Origin: Felis catus
Lineage: Eukaryota
Assembly: GCF_018350175.1 (NCBI RefSeq)
Contig: NC_058371.1
Span: 79,050,001-79,114,000 of the forward strand
Direction: 5' to 3'
DNA: 64,000 nt
A model generated the notes under the pieces. That model saw nothing but the letters and a program-made list of their open reading frames with translations, did not search any database and was not told the origin of the DNA. Shown here in pieces: positions 23,135 through 34,890 of this stretch (its first letter is position 1; every line of letters begins with the position of its first letter). The position numbers and the translations under genes are program-made.

Positions 23135-23172
23135 CAATTTCTCTATTTTGCGCCAGACCTAGTCTTTAATGA
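23135..23172 (+). CDS. NR3C2: MR exon 6, visible 3' end only (5' part in N-gap; start inferred near 23028 if 145 nt as in human)
   Basis: caa ttt ctc tat ttt gcg cca gac cta gtc ttt aat ga|gtaagt = QFLYFAPDLVFNE with a consensus donor. The phase-2 end matches the exon 7 start. Confidence 0.95.
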
Positions 23173-24368
23173 GTAAGTACCTATTAATTAGCCTTCATAA
23201 AATAACCTTCAGAGTTATTTGTTATGCTTTTTTTATGATTTCTAAACATAAATCATATGTATGTTTGTGAAAGAATCCACTGACACTAGCATTTTTAAGA
23301 GTAGAAAATCTATCATTTAAGAATTTAAAAATTACTTCTTGCAAAATTATAATGCACATGTCTGAGTATATATAAATCAGTTTATATAGATCTCATATAA
23401 TATGTGGGAATTGTCCCAAAAGAAAGATGATCCAGTTGGCTCTAAAAACTTGACTGGTACAAAGCCACGATTAATAGAAAACAGTCTCTTTTGGTATCTA
23501 CTCCAGTTGAGAAGACTATCTAATTTCTAGGAAATGTGAATGTATAAAGTGTCAATTTTTACATGCATTCATACAGTGGTTCTTTTGTTAACAGTATACA
23601 GCTGCTCAATGTGTTTTCATGACAATCATAATTATCCTTCTTTGCAATCATAAAAGAAGCCGAAATGTTGTTCTGTAGTGAAACGTTTTTAGTTTTATGA
23701 CGCATTTTAAAAGATCAAAAGAACTGTAAGAGATATTTCTTTGGCCATGAATTCCTTCCTATGTTACGTTTATATTTCAACGCAGTTCTCATTCCACGTT
23801 AGCACATTTCGCATATGTTTGTTTCCAGCAGTGCTTCTTTGTAATTGTTGGGTCAAGAAATACCTAAAATAAAAAGGAACATTTGAATTATGATAGTAAC
23901 CACATCGCTATTCTAACAGATGGCTCTGTCTAGAGATAGGAAAATAGGGGGTTCTGGTAAGGAAGGAAGTGCATAAGAAATAGGTTGGTGATAAGAGCAA
24001 TGCAAAAGATTGATAGTGGACACATAGTGCCGAGACACCTAAATGGTACCAGAGCAGTTTACCTAGGAAGTCCAGTTCACTCAAGTATGGCATGTCACCA
24101 AGACCATTTCATCCCAGTATAAATTGGGAACATCCACTGTTGGTTCCCAAGGTGACCCTCCTTTTGGTGATTAGTCAGAAAGAATACTTCTACTGCACAT
24201 AATTTTTCACCAAAAGAGTGAAGCAAGGCTAAACAGCCAACATGCACATTTTCATTTACTTGTGTTCCTCATTAATCAGCCGATATTATTATATAGCAAG
24301 GCTTCTTTTTTTTTAATATGGTCTATAAAGCAAAAGAAAAACACATTAAGGGAGGTCATTGCTTTAAA

Positions 24369-24581
24369 TTATTTTTTACTGTCTATTTATTTTTGAGAAA
24401 GAGAGAGAGACAGAATATGAGTGGGGAGGGGCGGAGAGAGGGGGAGACACAGAATCCAAAGCAGGCTTCAGGCTCTGAGCTGTCAGCACAGAGCTTGACA
24501 TGGGACTTGAACTCATAAACCGTGAGATCATGACCTGAGCCGAAGTCAGGGGCTTAACCAACTGAGCCACCCAGGCATCCC
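24369..24581 (-). mobile_element. Can-SINE (SINEC_Fc-like), antisense, intron 6
   Basis: Full element; imperfect TSD ggaggtcattgctttaaa / gaaggtccttgctttaaa. Confidence 0.92.
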
Positions 24582-25081
24582 AGAAGGTCCTTGCTTTAAA
24601 TGGAAGTGTGGGTAAACAAGAATTGCTACTCGGGCCATCCAGCATGTCTCCATTTGACTTTAACAGGAGTTTTAAATGATCCGTTCAGTCCTATTTAGCA
24701 CATCTATTAGAAGTTTTTCTCATAAAATACATATAACTTAACATTTTTCCATTTTAATCATTTTTAAGTATATAGTTCAGTGGCGTTAATTACATTCACA
24801 GGGTTGTGCGACCATCGCCACTGTCCGTCTCCAGGACTTTCATCATCCCAGACAGAAACTTTCAACCCATTAAACAGTAACTCCACAGTCTTCCCTCCCC
24901 CAAACACCTCATAACCTCTAGCCTATGAATTTGCCTCTTCTAGGTGTTCCCTATAAGTAGGGTCATACAGTATGTATCCTTTTGTGTCTAGCTTATTTCT
25001 CTTAAGACTCATGTTATCAGGGGTCACTCTTATTGTAGCATGTACCAGAATTTCATTTTATGGCTGACTATTATTCCATTA

Positions 25082-25760
25082 TATATAAAATCAGTCCTCA
25101 TTGTTTGTAGATTCTGTATTTGTGAACTGACCTTCTGACTACATTTCTTTGTAACCCCAAAGTCCATACTCAAAGCACTCCCATAGTCCTTCGTAGATGT
25201 GCCCAGAGCAGCAATAAATTAGAGTTGCCCAGCGTGTACATTTCAGCTGAGACTCTCTGCCTTTTTGTTTCAGCCCTCTTACTGTGAACAAGTGGCCTTT
25301 TCATGGTCTACTTAGTACCATGTGGGGTTTTTTTTTGCATTTTTGTGCTGTTTTTTGGTGATTTCATTGTTTAAAATGATCTCTAAGCATAGTGCTAAAG
25401 TGCTATCTAGTGTTCCTAAAGCAAGATGGCTATAATGTGCCTTAGGGAAAAAAAATATAGGTCTTAGATAAGCTTCTTTCAGGCATGAGTTATAGTGCTG
25501 TTGGCTGTAAGTTCAGTGTTATGAATCATATGTATATATGTATATGTGTGTATATATATGTGTATATATGTGTGCATATATATAATAATATATATATATT
25601 AATAAGGTGTGCTTAAACAGAAATGCACATAAAACAGGATTATATATAAATTGGTTGATAAAGGTGACTAGTGGCTCTCGAGAACCTATTACCCTTAGGA
25701 GGAGCAGTTCAGTAGTCACTCATTCAGTATTTGCTGCAACTTAATAGAATATAACTACCT
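25082..25760 (+). mobile_element. MER82 (TcMar-Tigger) inserted in L1, with internal (TA/TG)n expansion
   Basis: cagtcctcattgtttgtagattctgtatttgtgaac...tgtaaccccaaa...tagataagcttctttcaggcatgagttatagtgctgttggc...atagaatataactacc matches the recalled MER82 consensus. Confidence 0.8.
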
Positions 25761-25980
25761 TATTTATTTTTACCAAATAGAGAACATTGACCACATTTTA
25801 TTTATCTATTCATCTGTTGATGGACACTTGGGTTGTTTATACCTTTGGTTATTGTGAATATTGCTACTATAAACATTTGTATATAAGTATCTGTTTGAGT
25901 CCCTGCTTTCATTTCTTTTGGGTATATACCTAGGAGTGGAATCTCTGGAGCATATTGTAATTCTGTGTTAAACTTTTGAG

Positions 25981-26157
25981 GAGGTGCACCCAGGTGGCTC
26001 CGTCAGTTGGGTGGCTGACTCTTGATCTCACCTTAGGTCATGATCTCATGGTTTGTGAGACAGAATCCCTCACTGGGTTCTGTGCTGATGGTGCGGAGCC
26101 TGCTTGGGATTATCTCTCTCCTCTTTCTCTGCCCCTCCCCCACTAGCTTTCTCTCTG
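25981..26157 (+). mobile_element. Can-SINE, sense, 3' end in gap
   Basis: caggtggctccgtcagttgg...ctcttgatctcaccttaggtcatgatctc...gagcctgcttgggatt. Confidence 0.85.
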
Positions 26158-26323
26158 NNNNNNNNNNNNNNNNNNNNNNNNNNNNNNNNNNNNNNNNNNN
26201 NNNNNNNNNNNNNNNNNNNNNNNNNNNNNNNNNNNNNNNNNNNNNNNNNNNNNNNNNNNNNNNNNNNNNNNNNNNNNNNNNNNNNNNNNNNNNNNNNNNN
26301 NNNNNNNNNNNNNNNNNNNNNNN
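26158..26323. other. Assembly gap (166 N)
   Basis: Run of N. Confidence 1.
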
Positions 26324-26371
26324 ATTTTTTTTAATAGCCATACTATTAGGTATAAAATGTTTTGGGGTGGG

Positions 26372-27130
26372 ATTTTTTTTTGAAATATATTGACATATAA
26401 CATTGAGTAAAGGTAAGGTGTACCTGTTGATTTGATACATTTATATATTGTAATATGATTGCCCTTGTAGCCATCTTAGTACCTCTATCAAGGCACATAA
26501 TTCTTTTCTTTCTTTTGGTAGGGGTAATTAAGATCTAGTCCATTTGCAAGGTTGAGGATTATAATATAATATTTTATACATTCACTCTACTGTACATTAA
26601 ACCTGCAGAACTTAGTTATCTACTAGTTGCGGGTTTATACCCTTAAAACGGCATCTCTCCTATTCCCTCCCCCTCACCGCCCCCGTAACCACTATTGTAC
26701 TCTCTGTTTTTACAAGTGAGCCTTTTTTAGATTACACATAAAAGTGATATCATACGGCATTTGTCTTTCTCTGACTTNNNNNNNNNNNNNNNNNNNNNNN
26801 NNNNNNNNNNNNNNNNNNNNNNNNNNNNNNNNNNNNNNNNNNNNNNNNNNNNNNNNNNNNNNNNNNNNNNNNNNNNNNNNNNNNNNNNNNNNNNNNNNNN
26901 NNNNNNNNNNNNNNNNNNNNNNNNNNNNNNNNNNNNNNNNNNNNNNNNNNNNNNNNNNNNNNAGAAGCCTTTATGTTTTCTGGATATTAAACTCTTCTCA
27001 GAGATACAATTTGTATATTTTTCCCATTCTGTGGGTTGTCTTTTCACTCTTCATAGTACCCCTTTAAAATTAGAGTTTTTAATTTTAATGAAGTGCAATT
27101 TATCTTTGTTTTCTTTTATTGCCTATGCGT
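26372..27130 (-). mobile_element. L1 3' UTR and ORF2 C-terminal fragments (L1MA/L1_Carn-like)
   Basis: 3' UTR motif ttagattacacataaaagtgatatcatacggcatttgtctttctctgactt; minus-strand translation KRQPTEWEK is the L1 ORF2 C-terminal motif. Confidence 0.8.
26778..26962. other. Assembly gap (185 N)
   Basis: Run of N inside L1. Confidence 1.
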
Positions 27131-27723
27131 ATGTGTATTCTGTTAATTTGTAATAGTACACACATATCCAAGTGTACAGATTCTGAAAAAAGTATAGAAT
27201 TGTAAGAATCCTTTTTAACAAGTGAGATTTAGGGGAAAGCAGCTTATATTTTAAATCTAAATTAATGTAATTAAAGCATTTGGGAAATAAATAAGAAGCC
27301 CAAAATAGAAAAGGCCATATATGCTTTGTGTGCATTTGTTTGTTCTAAAAAAAAAAATCAAGACAAAATGGAAACACAAAGATTGCTTTCCAATGTTATA
27401 AACAGTTACATGTTATTATATAATTATTAGACTGAAAATTTTGTCCCTGTTCTCCAAACTTTGACCTCAGCCCCAACCTAGAGTTCTCTAGTTTTCTCTC
27501 AACTAAAGAGCAGGGGAGGCCTGTGTTTTTCAAAGTTGAGAAGGGGGAGAAGTGCCTCTCAGAAAACATTTGGAAATGACCTACAGCCTTTTGATCAGAT
27601 CACGCCAACAAAAAGAGCTTGGTGAGTGACTCTGTCACAGAACCTGTGTTTTTTTCGGGAGACTACTAGGGTTAGAAAGAACGGCCTGCAACTGAAGTCT
27701 GAATGCATACTCCTGCTTCATCC

Positions 27724-28600
27724 TGCATTCATTCAGGGAATACTTACTAACTGCTGCCCATGTTCTGAGTGGTGGTTCTCAAATAGGGAAAGTACATGTA
27801 TATAGTCCTTGTCTCATGGAACAGACAGTCTAATCAGGTAGACAGATATTGACCTGAGAATCCTCAAATTCCAATTCCAAGTATTGAAAGGGAAGGTACT
27901 TTAAGGGCAGTTAATGGGAGGTATTGATCTAGTCAGGAAAGCCTTCCCTGGGATTGATTAAAGTAGTGTGAACCAGGTGTAGGGAGTCCAGGAGGAGGGA
28001 AGCTGACCTAGACTGAGGGACCAGCATGTGCAAAGCCAGTGGCAGGAAGGAACTCAATTCAGAACAGTGTGATGATGGGACATAGAGGGAAATGGAAGGA
28101 TGTGAAAGGCAGAATCAACAGGAATCACTGGTGGTCACATTCAGGTAGAGAATGGAAGGGAGGAAATAGTGGGTGTCGGGGATGACCTCCAGGCCTTCAC
28201 CTTCAGTGCCAGGTAGGATTTGGTGTCATTCCCTGGGATACGGGAGCAAAGGTAGAGGACCAGACTTTGGAGGGGAACAGGTAGGGAGTGTATGACGCCA
28301 GTTTTGAACATAAGATCGAATTGCCTTCCAATTATTCAAGGAGAGATATCAAATAAGCAGTTATTATAGACATCTGAAGCCTAAAGAGAGGAGCCAGCTG
28401 AAGATACAAATTTTGAATTCATTTTAGACGCAGTGGTTAAAGGAAGCAAGACAGGGAAGTGCTACACATCACAGATCCCAAGAAAAGTGAGGGCTTCAAG
28501 AGAGACAGTATGGCTACTAACGTTAAATGCCATGTGATCTGAGTGAACTGGAGAAGTGAACCACAAAATAGGAAGCACGTGTCACTGGTCACCTGCCAAC
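27724..28600 (-). mobile_element. L2 fragment
   Basis: cattcattcagggaatacttact...gtccttgtctcatggaacagacagtcta...cagcatgtgcaaag...gttttgaacat, purine-rich antisense L2 pattern. Confidence 0.7.
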
Positions 28601-28799
28601 ACTTTGCACATTCATGTCTGCTGAACGTGTCCCTATACTTTCCCTCAGCCAGTTCCTGTACTCCATACCCTTCCAGCAAGTGAAGTAAGGAACTGGCATT
28701 TTGTGTAAGGGAGTAATATACGCCATTCAGCTGAGGCTAGAATGCTGTGATGTGATCCCGCCTTGCTCTCCCACTCACTGTTTTAGGCTACCTCTCACC

Positions 28800-28970
28800 T
28801 GCACTGGCAGCTCTTTTTCAGGTATCTGTATCCCCACTTTGTTTCACTGGTACCTCCTCAATGAAATCACGAACTTTGTCTTAATTGGTTTTTAATTTCC
28901 AGCACCTGGCATAGGCCTAGTGTCCAAGGCAAAGGAGGAACTCTATAAATATTTGCCGAATAAATGAATT
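28800..28970 (+). mobile_element. L2 3' end
   Basis: tccagcacctggcataggcct...ataaatatttgccgaataaatgaat. Confidence 0.6.
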
Positions 28971-29686
28971 ATTGAACAGATGAACCAAACAATCTATTAA
29001 TCAGTCTGGAAGACACTTTCTAAGTTATCATTGCTAATTATGAGGATGACATTTATGATAAAGAAGTATGATGGGGGTGCAGTTTTCATGAACAGAGGCT
29101 TTGCTGTTTAAAATGGTGAACAAAATTTTAACGGTTGATCCTTTGTGTTTGCCTTCGCCTGTGAAACAGATCTGAAAGTTACCAGAGATCTTATCTTCAG
29201 CTGTGTACTGGCTTTATTGGAGTTGGAAGAAAGGTGGGGAGCAAGGAATAATTAAGGAAAACATTCTTTCCAATATTTTTTTATTAAACATTGGGGTGAA
29301 GATATGAGTTAATACTTTAAATTAGCATAGAACTTTTCTTATTATAAATGCAAAACTTTTCAAATATGTATTAAATGATTAATTATTCAATTGTACCTTG
29401 AAACAGCTTATCATATATTGCTACAGATAGCTGCAAGTATTCAAATTTCTTATCAATTCAGTACACATATTAAAACTCCCATTTAAGCCTGTAATGAAAT
29501 TTCTTCCAATTTTTTTTTTTTAATTTCTGAAAGGCAGATTTAGTGTTACCACTATGTTTTAAGTCATGGCCAGCATTTTAGAATTAAAAATATATTTAAA
29601 AGGATGCTTGCATTCCCTCAAGTGGTAGCCCAACAAGAAATGTTTTTTGAATGATCTTTGACTGTCTTTGTGGTTCTGAACCATTT

Positions 29687-29736
29687 GTGTACGTATATAT
29701 GTATGTATGTATGTATGTACGTATGTATGTATATAT
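29687..29736. repeat. (TATG)n compound microsatellite
   Basis: Direct reading. Confidence 0.85.
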
Positions 29737-30589
29737 TTTTGGTTCAGAGACTGTTGGTAGGAGCAAGAGTTTAAGTCTGGGTACCACTTTCTGGACCCCT
29801 CCGAGTGAGTACCCTGAGTGTGCCAGACCGATGCATTAGCCTCAGTTCCTTAGTGATGGAAGATGAACCCCCGCCACTCCCACACCCCGGCTGTGTGATG
29901 GCAGCACCAGGAGGGAAGTACAAACTCAGTTATCAGTCATTATCTGTTTCATGGAGTGCTGCCTGTCCCTGCTGTATCCCCAGGGGGGACCACTGTGCTG
30001 CCATAGTCCAGTTGTCCTTAGTGAGGGGCCCTCCCCAGTGCTCTCAAGGACCCTCTGCACCTAAGGTCCTAAAGCTCTAATAGGCCTCGCTCATACCCCA
30101 GCCGTGTGTTCCAAGGCCGTGTCATTATTGTTGGGGTGTCTTCATGAAGGCAGGCACAGATGGAGTTAGAACATGGCATGCCCCACCCACACCTCCCAAG
30201 GCATCATGGTCAGTATTCCTGAGCCACTCGAGGTGGATTCTGTGCCTGAACCCTTGCTCCAGCTGAGAGCCAGTGATGGATGAGGGACAGGAGTTCTGGT
30301 GAGAGGAGCCAGGGAAGTGGGGTGAGCCTGGATAAGCTTCCCCTTTACTGGCTGCATTTGCTTTTCCTCCTCTCTCCCCAGTGGCTCTTCCTCCTCTGTT
30401 CCCTTTCTGCTGCTTTCAGACAGGATTTCTTACTTCCCCTGTGCTCACTGGGGCACTGTTCTGTGTAGTTTCCAGTATCTGACCTCCACCCGTTCCCTTT
30501 TCCTTCCACTCCCTCTCCTTTCCCTCCTCCTCCTTCTGCTCCCACCTCCTTCCTTCCTCCCTCTCCGTCTCCTTCTCTTTCTGTGCCTG

Positions 30590-30593
<4 letters not shown>

Positions 30594-30628
<35 letters not shown>
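30594..30628. repeat. (AC)n microsatellite, about 17 units, after a 90-nt pyrimidine tract
   Basis: Direct reading. Confidence 0.95.
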
Positions 30629-30630
<2 letters not shown>

Positions 30631-31604
30631 CACGCCTACCTCCTGTCTGAAAAACCAGCAGCCTTCTGAGATTTTCTCTATTTGGAAATCTCCATTTGGT
30701 CAGTATGAGGAAATAAACTTTGAAAGAAGAAAAAGTGTGCCTTATCTTTCCCTCGGACCCTGTGGAAACCAGGCCCTATCCTACCAGTTTGAGGGCCAGA
30801 GTCTGCAGCAGAATGGTGTGGCCATTTTGTGTGTTGGACGGGAGTTGAAGCTCCCCCTTTCCATGGTGCTTGTGCTGCCCTTCCCCCCATGGTTCCCACC
30901 ACTCCCTGCTGTTTGCATCTGGCCCTCTTCACTCAGGAGTCTGACACTCCTAAATAGAGAAAAACAATGTCACAAGTCAGCAAATGGTGAATCCTTGTCT
31001 ACAAGGTGCAGAAACATGACAGAATGCAATTACCTTTCTTTTGCATAAAGTTCAGGTGTGGAAGACACTGTGCCACCTGAAGGCGACTAGGCAGAGGGAA
31101 ATCTAGGGGAAGGTACAGTGAAACCTGAGGAGATCTTATAAGCTACAAATGAGAGCTAATCACCTAGTCCTATATGGGAGCAGAGGAAAGGTAGGTACAG
31201 AACTCAAAACAAGGGGTATTTCTTCCCTTCTTTTTTTTTTGATTCTTTTAAAAACAGCTTTTCCTCCCCATAATCAACCTACCACAGTGATAGGAAGTAG
31301 AGTCGGAGCAAAGAGTTACTTGCAGACATTTCCAGCAAAGGAGTTTAGAGGAGAGAAGTTCTTAAATAAATGGGTAACCGCTATGGATGCTTCTGCTGAG
31401 TTCCTGCTCATCAAAGAAAGTTCCCAAGGTGAGCCCGTAGGGGCCGGGACCACCCTCACCTGAGAAGGGTGAGAACACTGAAGAGTCCTATAAGGACTGG
31501 CACCATAGGTAGACTTTCTAACTCACTCCTCGACACGTCTTCTTTTTCCCTAAACCCTGCCTTTCATTTTGGACTGCTCTTGGGTGAAGGAGATAATGTG
31601 ATAT

Positions 31605-31720
31605 TTATTCAGTCCATTCAACAAATATTTCCTGAGCGACTTCAATACACCAAGCACTGTTCTGCGCACTGGAACAACAGGAACAAATGGAATTCACACT
31701 CTAGTGGTAGGTGGGTGGGG
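31605..31720 (-). mobile_element. L2 3' end
   Basis: cattcaacaaatatttcctgagc...caagcactgttctgcgcactgg. Confidence 0.7.
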
Positions 31721-32059
31721 TGGTGGAAAACATGGAGGCAGCATGAAGAAGTCCCACCTGCTGTGTCCCCATGGCTCAGGTAGCATACCATCATCCTTGT
31801 AAACAACCGCGAAAAAGTGGCATTTAAAACGATAAGGTGCAGTTTGGATTCTCTCAGAGGATGTGCTAGCACCCTTGATTAGCCACATTGACCTCCTGGT
31901 GGTGCTTTGAAGGATCTAAGTCCACTCTTGACTCAGGCCCCCTTTATACATGCTATTTGCTCTGTGCAGGAGGATGGTCCTTTCTCACCTTCTTGTCTTA
32001 GCTCAAATATTCCTTATTCAGAAGTCCGACCACCAGATCTAGAGACTCCTGTAGTCAGT

Positions 32060-32215
32060 CCCTCCCCCATTATATCACACATTTATTTTCTTTGTAGTAG
32101 GTCTCCTGCCTGCATGATATAGACTCAGGGAGGGAAGGCCTGTCTGGTTTATCTTTGCATACCCAGCACCTAGAATACTGTCTGGCATTAGTAAGTGCTT
32201 GATAAACTAATTAAT
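32060..32215 (+). mobile_element. L2 3' end
   Basis: gagggaaggcctgtctgg...cccagcacctagaatactgtctggcattagtaagtgcttgataaa. Confidence 0.7.
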
Positions 32216-32436
32216 TTTAAAATGCTATTTTCAGCATTATTTCCTGCTGCTTCTTTGCATAAATGCTATGTGAACCAAATTAACCTTTCTCTTCTCTTAG
32301 TCCTATCTTTCCACTGCCGTGCCTTTGCTAACATTTTCCATTTCTCTCCCTCAAGCCCAACCCAAAGGATGCCTCCTCTCTAATGACTTCTCTTCCCTTC
32401 AAAATCAGAAGGGACTTTTTTCCCCCAAAACCTTTT

Positions 32437-32655
32437 TTTCTTTTCTTTTCTTTTTCTTTTTTTAATGTTCATTTTTTTGAGAGAGAGCATGTGTGCACAA
32501 GCAGGGGAAGGGCAGAGAAAGAGAAGAGGACAGAGGATCCAAAGCGGGCTCTGTGCTGACAGTAGAGAGCCCCATGCAGGGCTCAGACTCGTGAACCACA
32601 AGATCATGACCTGAGCCAAAGTTGGTCTTTGGCCGACTGAGCCACCCAGGCACCC
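32437..32655 (-). mobile_element. Can-SINE, antisense
   Basis: TSD aaaacctttt at 32427-32436 and 32658-32667. Confidence 0.9.
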
Positions 32656-34098
32656 TAAAAACCTTTTATCTATATTACTTTCTTCTGTATCAGTTGTTTG
32701 CTGCTTTTTGTGTTTTATATACATTTTCACTCCAGATACACTGAAATTTCTAGAGCAAAGAAAGTATACTTGAAAAAATTTTCCTTAATGTCTAGCAAAA
32801 TGCTTTTTACATAATTGGCACTTGGTGGCTATTTTTGGTTTGTTAATAAGTACTCTTTCTAGCACAAGCGTCAGATGCAAGATCCCTGATACAGGTTTAC
32901 TCTGCAGTGCTCTTAGGGCTTGGCGTGTGAACTTCATGAAAAGGATTCATTTTTGTAGGGTTCTCTCAAATTTTACTTCAGGAACATTGTTATATATTAA
33001 TATTTCTTACATGTTGCTTCTTGTAGCGTACCTGAGAAATTTCCTGATAGTTAATGAAACTGGGAAATTTCCAGTTTAGTATGAAATTAAAACAAAACAT
33101 AAGAAACTGCAAAGAGAATGCACTGTTGAAGCCATATGGAATCATACAGAGACTGCACAGAGTAATAATGATGCAAGAAACATGTCTAAGATTCAATCTG
33201 AATAACTAGAGGGAGCGGTTTTTTATTTTGAATAAAAGTCAGAAACAGTTTAATATGACATGTTATCTGTAAAAGTTAGTGTGGCTAATGCTAGCATGTT
33301 GCTTTTTATTTCAATCAACATGCCCAAGGACTTTGGTCTCTCCAGCTAAAAATATTCTTCCTTTCAACAGAAAATAAAACCACTAGAGTGAATTTATTTT
33401 TTAAAAAATTTAATTTCAATGCAGTGATTATTATTGCAGGATTGGGGCAGGTGATGAGGAATGGCTTAGTCAGTTACAAAACAAAGGAGAGCACTAGGCT
33501 TCCTCCCTTGACACAGGTCATCCTGTGACAGAGGACGTCTGTGTCATCCTCAGACACAGATGGTGTCTTTGATCATGCTCCTCTAGGTTGTAGGAAGAGA
33601 ACACTTGAATGTGTCTTGATATACAAAGTATTCACTGAACTTGCATCTCTAAACAGTTCTAGAACCAAAACCGAGCCACATAATTATCCATTTTTATCGT
33701 ATCGTACATGACAGATGATTTGGTTTTAATCCCTCACTTCCACCTCTGAACCCTAAGCAAATTAATAGAGTTGTGTACTTGGAGGGCTCTGAAGAGGTTA
33801 ATTTTTGAGGGGTGGTTCTGGGATTGGTACTTTTCTGAAAAAACTAGTAGGGAAGGAAAAGAAAAAAGAGACGGCCATAGTTGGTGACCTTCAGCCTTCT
33901 TAGTAAGGCTCATCTGTGTTTCTGTAGTAGGCGTACTGCCCCAGACAGGGTCCACATTTACAGATGTGGCGACCATCGTTTAAAGGCCCATCATCTGTGC
34001 TTCCCCCACCTTGAAATGACCACTGTCTCAATAGAATCAGAGGAATTTAGTATATAAACTCCTAATTTCCTTTTTGCTACAGGTATAATGTCACTCTC

Positions 34099-34735
34099 TG
34101 TCTCAGTCACCTTGGGCTGCTGTAACAAAAATGCCACAGGTTGGGTGGCTTAAACAGCAGGCATTCATTTCTCACAGTTCTGGAAGCTGAAAGTCTGAGA
34201 TCGGGGTACCTGTATGGTCATGTTCTATGAAGGCCTTCTTCCTGGCTTGCAGATGGTGCCTTCTAATTTTTTTTTAACGTTTATTTATTTTTGAGACAGA
34301 GAGAGACAGAGCATGAACAGGGGAGGGGCAGAGAGAGAGGGAGATAGAGAATCTGAAACAAGCTCCAGGCTCTGAGCTGTCAGCACAGAGCCCGACGCAG
34401 GGCTCGAACTCACGGACCGTGAGATCATGACCTGAGCCGAAGTCGGACGCTTAACTGACCAAGCCACCCAGGCGCCCCACAGATGGTGCCTTCTTACTGT
34501 CTCCTCATGTGGTGCAAAGAAAAAGCTCTGGGGTCTCTGTTGCTGCTTCTGCTGCTGCTTTTTTCTTCTTCTCCCCCTCCTCCTCCTGGTCCTCCTGGTC
34601 CTCCTCTCCTCCCACCACATCTTGGGGGATGTGCTCATCTAAACCTGTTTACTCCTACTGTCATCACCTTGGTAAGGTTTAGGACTTCAACATAGGAATT
34701 TGGGGAGTGGGGGGGACACACATTCAGTCTGTAGT
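34099..34735 (-). mobile_element. MLT1A-like MaLR solo LTR, split by a SINE and a (GCT/TCC)n expansion
   Basis: ttgggctgctgtaacaaaaatgccacaggttgggtggctt...ctcacagttctgg...agatggtgccttct...catcaccttgg...acacattcagtctgtagta. Confidence 0.85.
34265..34478 (-). mobile_element. Can-SINE (SINEC_Fc-like, fairly young) inside MLT1A
   Basis: Perfect 15-bp TSD cagatggtgccttct at 34250-34264 and 34480-34494. Confidence 0.96.
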
Positions 34736-34890
34736 ATCTCCATTTACATGCATACTATGTATGGTACAAAGGCAGTCAATAGTCAAGTGGTTTATAGGGG
34801 AAATTTGAAGAATGATGAGCTGGTGCTTTTAGAGTTTTTGTTTATATAAGTTATAGCTATTGGTATTTACCCATATTAGAAATTAAAACA

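Larger units (their letters stand above)
24712..26360 (-). mobile_element. L1MB-like 3' region split by MER82 and a SINE
   Basis: catttttaagtatatagttcagtggcgttaattacattcac...ttattccattatatata [MER82] ccacattttatttatctattcatctgttgatggacacttgggttg... Confidence 0.8.

Noticed and set aside
23173-23176. Read-through isoform after exon 6
   Set aside because: Immediate stop (GAG TAA), so no extension peptide.
9206-27153. ORFs running through N-gaps
   Set aside because: Artefacts of translating N as X without stops.
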